A DNA stretch of 11,062 nt, taken from Thermovirgaceae bacterium. Its GTDB lineage: Bacteria > Synergistota > Synergistia > Synergistales > Thermovirgaceae. Both the position numbers and the translations under genes were made by a program. The stretch lies in the NCBI GenBank assembly GCA_046542505.1, contig JBKHBH010000072.1:1-11062 (forward strand), given 5' to 3'. The notes under the pieces were generated by a model that was given only the letters and a program-made list of their open reading frames with translations, ran no database searches and was not told the origin of the DNA. This document shows positions 6,192 to 11,062 of this stretch, piece after piece (the first letter of the stretch is position 1; each line of letters opens with the position of its first letter).

Positions 6192-7940
6192 TTACTTCGG
6201 GGTGCGCACCTTGGTCGTCGTTCCGTCATCCCAGGTTACAGTCAGTTCGTAGCGTGACCGGTCAAGCTGGAAAGAACCGTTGTCCTCTACGAAGATATGC
6301 AGGTTATGATTGGGCGGAACCGGGAAGGAAACGGATCCGTTACTGTGGTTCAGAAGCCTGTTGCCGGGCCCGCGTACAGCCATGGCCCATCGGCCGTTGC
6401 CAGGGATGGTGTCCCATACCCCAGAGCCGTTCACATCCCGGAGGGTCATTGAATCTATAGTTCCCTTGCCCCTGATCTTCAGCGTGAAGACCTGGTCGCC
6501 CTTCCCGTTTCTCTCCATCTGGTCGTAAGGTCCTACATAGTCGCTCTGTGCCTGCCAGGGTTTCGAGAGAACGAGTTCGCGATCTTCAGTCAGGTGAACA
6601 TCCTGATCCCTCTTGCTTGGAATTTCTTTTTCGAGGACACGGCCATCGCTGAATTCAAGCGAAACCCTGAAAGAGGAATCGGGATCATCAAGAGTCCCGT
6701 TATCTTCCACCCAGAGTTCAAGCGATGCGGTGCCATCCACTGAAAGCCTTATCGAGCCGTTAGGGGCGTTGAGTATCGAGCCACCGGGCTGTTTCACGGC
6801 GATGAGCCATTTCCCGTTTCGGGGAATGGTATCCCACTCTCCACCCTTGGTCAGGTTGACCAGGCGGATCGCGTTCAATATCCCGGTGCCCCTGAACCTG
6901 ATGTCAAAACGTGAATCCCGGTTCTGGTTGCCTTCGAGATTTTCGTTCTTCCCAACGTAATCGGCGTTTCCGGTTCCAGCCAGCCTGGCTTCAAGGAAGT
7001 CACCATCATCAGAGCCAGGTGCGAGTGAAAAACCCTGTATTTCTTGTTCCATTTTTCTGCCGTCATCATAGATCACGGTCAGGACCGACCTGGTCTCGGC
7101 CTTATCGAGAGACCCGTTGTCTTCCAGCCACAAAACGAAATTACGCGAGTCTGTAACAGGGATTCTAATTGATCCGTCCGGACGGTTGAGGATTTCTCCA
7201 TCCGGCCGTGTTACGCCGATCAGCCATTTCCCGTTTTCTGGAATAGTATCCCATTCACCGCCTGGGCCTTCGACGTTGGCTATCCTCATACCTACTACTG
7301 TTCCCGGGGACTCAAGGTCAATGTCCACCCTCCAGTCCATTTTTCCGTTTCCCGAACGTCTTTCATCCCGTCCGACAATGTCCCGCTCCCCTTTTCCCAT
7401 AAAGGTCACTTCGAGATCGTCTGGCTGGTCTGTCGCAGTTTCCGTCTTTTGGCTTTCAACAGGTTGCAGTGTAATGGATGCGCTGCTTTCGGAGTTATCG
7501 AGAAACCGGGCGGTTAGTGTAAACTTCCCTCCATTGGCGATAGCCCCGTTGTCGGCTACAGAGATTTCTATTCCCAATCCGCCAAGGAAGGGAACGACTG
7601 ACAGTCGCTCGTTGCTGCGGGACAAGACTTTGCCCGAGGAATCCCTGACTTCCATCCCCCATATGTTATTGCCGGGGGTGGTATCCCACATCGATTTTTC
7701 GTCGGGCGACTTCAATATGAGGCCCGTAAGAGCCCCAAAACCGGATATCCTTGCGGAAAAGCGTGCGTCAGGCTCCCCGTCCGGGCCGCTCTGCTCGCCG
7801 GATCCGACGGTATCACCTGGTCCGAAACCATTGAAAGTGAAATCCTGTACTTCACCCATTGCCGCGAAGGCTCCTGTCGCAAATAGGAAAATCATTGCGA
7901 ACGAAACTCCTATGGATCGAAAATTCCTCCTGGTAACCAT
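6192..7940 (-). CDS. Exported 582-aa hypothetical protein with four tandem ~140-aa repeat domains
   Basis: SD AGGGGG. Signal peptide MVTRRNFRSIGVSFAMIFLFATGAFA|A. The WDT(T/I)PxNxxW motif occurs at aa 85, 230, 369 and 509. Own promoter and terminator. Confidence 0.9.
   Translation of the reverse strand: MVTRRNFRSIGVSFAMIFLFATGAFAAMGEVQDFTFNGFGPGDTVGSGEQSGPDGEPDARFSARISGFGALTGLILKSPDEKSMWDTTPGNNIWGMEVRDSSGKVLSRSNERLSVVPFLGGLGIEISVADNGAIANGGKFTLTARFLDNSESSASITLQPVESQKTETATDQPDDLEVTFMGKGERDIVGRDERRSGNGKMDWRVDIDLESPGTVVGMRIANVEGPGGEWDTIPENGKWLIGVTRPDGEILNRPDGSIRIPVTDSRNFVLWLEDNGSLDKAETRSVLTVIYDDGRKMEQEIQGFSLAPGSDDGDFLEARLAGTGNADYVGKNENLEGNQNRDSRFDIRFRGTGILNAIRLVNLTKGGEWDTIPRNGKWLIAVKQPGGSILNAPNGSIRLSVDGTASLELWVEDNGTLDDPDSSFRVSLEFSDGRVLEKEIPSKRDQDVHLTEDRELVLSKPWQAQSDYVGPYDQMERNGKGDQVFTLKIRGKGTIDSMTLRDVNGSGVWDTIPGNGRWAMAVRGPGNRLLNHSNGSVSFPVPPNHNLHIFVEDNGSFQLDRSRYELTVTWDDGTTTKVRTPK
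6195..7856 (-). repeat. Four intragenic protein-level repeats (about nt 7856-7467, 7418-7038, 6998-6618, 6578-6195)
   Basis: Each unit has DxVG, (D/N)xxxD, WDTxPxNxxW, L(N/S)xx(N/D)xx, (A/E)DNG and aromatic-x-D(G/N). Spacing is 145/139/140 aa. Confidence 0.9.
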
Positions 7941-8000
7941 GCCAATTCCCCCTACGATCAGTGAATCTGGTGAACTTATTTATCAGAATAAACTAATAAT

Positions 8001-8029
8001 ATTATACCAATACTTATAATTATACACAA
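8001..8029 (-). promoter_or_regulatory. Near-consensus sigma70 promoter for the repeat-protein gene
   Basis: Minus strand TTGTGT(8029-8024)-N17-TATAAT(8006-8001) with extended -10 TGn, in a very AT-rich patch about 60 nt upstream of ATG7940. The palindrome TATAATTATA (8015-8024) lies in the spacer and overlaps the -35 by one base. Confidence 0.75.
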
Positions 8030-8451
8030 GAATATTTAGCATGATGACATTACAAAGACCGGGTATGCATTTCAGTAAATTTTCCTGCCTCGAACTTGTG
8101 GCGGGAGAGCGGTTTTTAGCTTGACCGTCAATGTTCACAGGAAAAGCAGGTAGTTTTGTGCTTGTCGTCGGCAAAAAACAGTGGCTAAAGAGGGAAAGGG
8201 CATAAACGGGCTCTGGTGTTTTTATTTCTGACAACAGATTGACGTGACGCCCTTGACGGCAATCTGGTCGAGGCGGGCCGGGGTATCATTCAGTTGACCT
8301 TCATCCAGAAGAATTTATTTGTCCGGTTTTTGGTTTTCAGGGTTTCAGGAGGCAGGAGCGCTATTTCCGGCCGCAGGGATCTTTCATGAAGGAAACGCTT
8401 TGAGCATTCGATGCCCATAGGGCAAAAGGGATATCTGCTTCAGCGGGCAGC

Positions 8452-8494
8452 AAAAGGGCGCCACAGCCTTTGTGAAACCTGCAGTGGCACCCTT
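8452..8494 (-). terminator. Probable terminator after the 8569-8952 gene
   Basis: Minus strand AAGGGTGCCAC...GTGGCGCCCTTTT: 11-bp stem (one G-U), a large loop and a short U tail. Confidence 0.55.
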
Positions 8495-8568
8495 CCTTGA
8501 AACGCGATACAAACCTGCATCAGGTTAAAGCAATAAATCGTGGTGCAAGGGTTCTCTCCAGTTGTTTT

Positions 8569-8952
8569 TTAATTCGGCGCGATCAAACCGTTGAAGGGTC
8601 CCCATGCGGCCGTGTCATGGTTATTCCATTTGCCCAACAGCCTGTTCATGAAATCGATTTTTCCATTGAAATGTATTTGAGAGCCAGCTTTATCAATGGT
8701 GTAGAATTCTGCAGTGCCGTCCGGCTGTACAGTACCTTCCATAACAAGGTCACTGTAATGAACCTGCGAGCGCCCTGTGCCGGTAACGGAACCGTCCGGA
8801 TCGACCGTAACCAGAAATACCCCGAAGTCTTCGGGTCCTGTAAAAACACCCCTGTACGTTCCGACAATATTACTGCCTAGGGAAGCAAAAGATGCGCCTG
8901 TAAAAAGCAAAACCATAGCAAAAGCAACAACCCAGGATTTCCTGTTAAACAT
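8569..8952 (-). CDS. Secreted 127-aa hypothetical protein, predicted small beta-barrel; paralogue of 4262-4645
   Basis: SD GGAGAGGAAG upstream of ATG8952. Signal peptide MFNRKSWVVAFAMVLLFTGASFA|S. Shares VGTYRG, GTGRSQV, EFY and IDFMNR..GKW with the paralogue. Confidence 0.88.
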   Translation of the reverse strand: MFNRKSWVVAFAMVLLFTGASFASLGSNIVGTYRGVFTGPEDFGVFLVTVDPDGSVTGTGRSQVHYSDLVMEGTVQPDGTAEFYTIDKAGSQIHFNGKIDFMNRLLGKWNNHDTAAWGPFNGLIAPN

Positions 8953-9320
8953 GTGAAACACTTCCTCTCCCTGTTAGGGACGCTTCTGGAAATATAAAAC
9001 GGGAACTATCCGAATATTCACAAGATTAGCACGGCGAGGTATGAAAGTCGCTGGATGCGCCGGAATCCTCCTGACACAGAGGTCGGGAAGGGAAATGGAA
9101 AACAGGCCTTAAAAACTCTCCATGATCGAGATTCTCACGATTTCAGGCCGGGGACAGTTTTTGCGGGTTCGATTCAAAGGGTTAAACTATATCGGAGCTG
9201 TCCATAACAGCCGGAACGTGAACCATGAACCGGTAATGGCAACGGGCCGGGAGGCCGCACAGGACAGATTTGATCGGGGAACCCTGTCCCTGAAGCGTAC
9301 TGCAGAAAGGAGACTTTCCC

Positions 9321-9734
9321 ATGAAATTTCAGACCGAATACCTTTGGTTCAATACGAAAAAGAGACGTGAGCTTGTCAGAATAACTCAAGACGTGGAACG
9401 TGTTGTTCAGGAGTCGGGAATCGGCGAGGGCTTTGTTCTCGTAAGCGCAATGCACATTACGGCCGGCATCATCGTCAACGATAACGAGAGCGGGTTGCAT
9501 CAGGATATCTGGGAATGGCTGGAAGAACTTGCGCCTTTCAAGCCTGACTACAAACATCACCGCACAGGTGAAGACAATGGCGATGCCCACCTGAAGCGCA
9601 TCCTGGCCCATCACCAGGCAATGATCCCTGTTACGAAGGGGAAACTGGACCTTGGGCCCTGGGAGCAGGTTTTTTACCTTGAAAGTGACGGCAGGCGCCG
9701 CAAGAGGGTTGTCGTGAAGGTCATGGGTGAATAA
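9321..9734 (+). CDS. yjbQ: YjbQ/UPF0047 family protein (secondary thiamine-phosphate synthase-like)
   Basis: [61 protein letters not shown]. Confidence 0.93.
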   Translation: MKFQTEYLWFNTKKRRELVRITQDVERVVQESGIGEGFVLVSAMHITAGIIVNDNESGLHQDIWEWLEELAPFKPDYKHHRTGEDNGDAHLKRILAHHQAMIPVTKGKLDLGPWEQVFYLESDGRRRKRVVVKVMGE

Positions 9735-9802
9735 CCTCGAAAAGGCGGGCACGCTTCCCCTTTGCACGGGCTAAATGTCTCCCAAGGAAGGAAGGCTGGA
9801 GA

Positions 9803-10576
9803 ATGCACGAAAACATACTGCTTGAAAAAATGACATGGCCGGAGGTGCGTGAAGCTCTTGATGAGGGGTTCACAACGGCGGTTTTCGCCTGCGGGGCTAC
9901 GGAGCAGCACGGGCCTCACCTGCCGCTTTTTACTGATTCAGAACACGGGGACAGGCTTGCCCTGGAGGTGGCGGCAAAACTGGGCAATGCACTGGCCGCC
10001 CCGACGGTTCGATTCGGGTGTTCTGCGCATCACATGGCTTTCCCCGGGACTATCTCACTTGAGAAAGAGACCCTTGAAGCGGTTTGCCGGGATTACGTCA
10101 GGTGCCTTGCGCGGCATGGATTTCGTCATATATGCATATTTCCCTCCCATGGGGGTAACATGGCCCCTCTGGCAGACATGCTTGAGCGGCTCCGCGAGGC
10201 GGCAGGGCCCGAAACGAAAGTGTTTTGCATGACCGACCTGGATAAATTCATTGGAGTCTGGAAGAGGGTTGTCCAGGAAAGGTCGGGGCGAAGCGACACC
10301 GTCGGCGGCCATGCGGATATCGCGGAGAGTTCCTTCATGCTGGTCCTGCACCCGGAAACAGTTCGAAAGGACAAGGCGGTACCTGGTTGTGTTGAAGAGC
10401 CCACACCTGAATTTCTGGACAGGCTGTTTCAGGAGGGTTTTAACTCAGTGTCACCCAGCGGCATTCTGGGAGACCCCCGAGGCATGAACGTTGAGATAGG
10501 TCAACAATGCATCAACGCCATGACGGAAATGCTGGCGTCATTTTTCAGGGACGAGCTGGAAGCCTCGTCGGTTTGA
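9803..10576 (+). CDS. Creatininase / creatinine amidohydrolase family protein (MftE-like fold)
   Basis: MTWPEV, GATEQHGPHLPLFTD, GCSAHHMAFPGTISL, SHGGN, GGHADIAESS, VSPSGILGDP. The family's E/H/D/H/E metal-binding residues are present. Confidence 0.92.
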   Translation: MHENILLEKMTWPEVREALDEGFTTAVFACGATEQHGPHLPLFTDSEHGDRLALEVAAKLGNALAAPTVRFGCSAHHMAFPGTISLEKETLEAVCRDYVRCLARHGFRHICIFPSHGGNMAPLADMLERLREAAGPETKVFCMTDLDKFIGVWKRVVQERSGRSDTVGGHADIAESSFMLVLHPETVRKDKAVPGCVEEPTPEFLDRLFQEGFNSVSPSGILGDPRGMNVEIGQQCINAMTEMLASFFRDELEASSV

Positions 10577-10622
10577 AGAAACTGGTGGGCCTGCTTTTCA
10601 CGACGCCAGAATCCGTCCGCCT

Positions 10623-11062
10623 TCAGGCGGAGTTCTTGCCTGACTGAACGGGCTCTTTCCTCTGTCTGACAAGTTCCCCCAAGGTGGTGCTTTCGAGGTG
10701 CACCAGAAACCGCTGCGTCAGGTCCTTTATCAGGTCCCCGAAAATGCATCTTTTGAAGGGACAGGTTCCCGATCGCAGAAGGCAGGTATCCGAAGAGGGG
10801 ATACCCTCTATGGCACTGTACACTTCGAGAAGGGTGATCTCCTCGGGAGCCCGGGTGAGCTCAAAGCCTCCGCCCGGTCCTCGGACGGAACGGACCAGGC
10901 CTTCTCTGACGAGGCGTTGAAAGACCTTCGAGAGATGCGCTTCGGAAGCGTTGATAGTTTCAGATATTTCATGAATGCTCATGCGCCGGTCGTTGTATGC
11001 AAGAAGCCCCGTGCCATGAAGGGCAAGGGAAGCCGCTTCAGATATCTGGATAATGTTCTTCA
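10623..11062 (-). CDS. Rrf2 family transcriptional regulator with three Cys (likely Fe-S binding); start codon cut by the window edge
   Basis: The frame extends upstream of ATG10982: (n)TG-KNIIQISEAASLALHG...SEAHLSKVFQRLVREGLVRSVRGPGGGFEL...ITLLEVYSAIEG, then C-x6-C-x4-C (CLLRSGTCPFKRC). About 146 aa if the start is at 11063. Confidence 0.93.
   Translation of the reverse strand, partial: KNIIQISEAASLALHGTGLLAYNDRRMSIHEISETINASEAHLSKVFQRLVREGLVRSVRGPGGGFELTRAPEEITLLEVYSAIEGIPSSDTCLLRSGTCPFKRCIFGDLIKDLTQRFLVHLESTTLGELVRQRKEPVQSGKNSA

Noticed and set aside
6195..7856. Nucleotide repeats (e.g. TATCCCA...) as CRISPR or DGR template/variable repeats
   Set aside because: They are codon-level echoes of the protein repeats at about 420-nt spacing and are degenerate at synonymous sites. 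There is no cas or reverse transcriptase gene.
7117..8019. 300-aa plus-strand ORF (and other long shadow ORFs such as 4809-5441, 1010-1687, 3112-3852, 9174-9767)
   Set aside because: They are antisense to well-supported genes, have no recognisable motifs, and have the Ser/Pro/Arg-rich or otherwise atypical composition of shadow frames.
9010..9024. TTGTGAATATTC (minus strand) as a Rex operator
   Set aside because: Only one half-site matches TTGTGAA-N4-TTCACAA.
9163..9179. GCGGGTTCGATTC resembling a tRNA T-arm or attachment site
   Set aside because: The 3' side (CAAAG) does not pair with GCGGG. There is no cloverleaf or CCA and no integrase nearby.
9220..9253. AACCATGAACCGGTAATG...GGGAG loosely like the 3' half of a TPP riboswitch upstream of yjbQ
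   Set aside because: The CTGAGA motif and the P4/P5 pairing are missing.
9803..10576. Mycofactocin peptidase mftE / RiPP cluster
   Set aside because: The window has no precursor peptide, radical SAM or other mft genes, so only a family-level creatininase call is supported.

Overview
An 11-kb chromosomal-looking segment from a moderately GC-rich bacterium. The gene mix suggests an anaerobe, possibly Synergistota, but that is inference only. I found no mobile elements, tRNA/rRNA or CRISPR. The flanks carry ordinary genes: a PAS-GGDEF diguanylate cyclase, a LOG-family protein, a 3-hydroxyacyl-CoA dehydrogenase, YjbQ, a creatininase-family amidohydrolase and an Rrf2 regulator cut by the right edge. 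The most interesting part is a run of five minus-strand cell-envelope genes (4262-8952). Two 127-aa secreted paralogues (about 43% identical, ungapped; predicted 8-stranded beta-barrels) bracket three genes: a 582-aa exported protein made of four ~140-aa repeats of an unrecognised domain (DxVG...WDTxPxNxxW...DNG), a SYLF/YSC84 lipid-binding protein, and a 45-aa lmo0937-like membrane peptide whose SD lies inside a long hairpin. A secreted LmeA/DUF2993-like gene (1802-2580) is broken by two +1 frameshifts, both best placed in T-homopolymers. Several intergenic regions hold clear promoters, terminators, an operator-like dyad and candidate structured RNAs.
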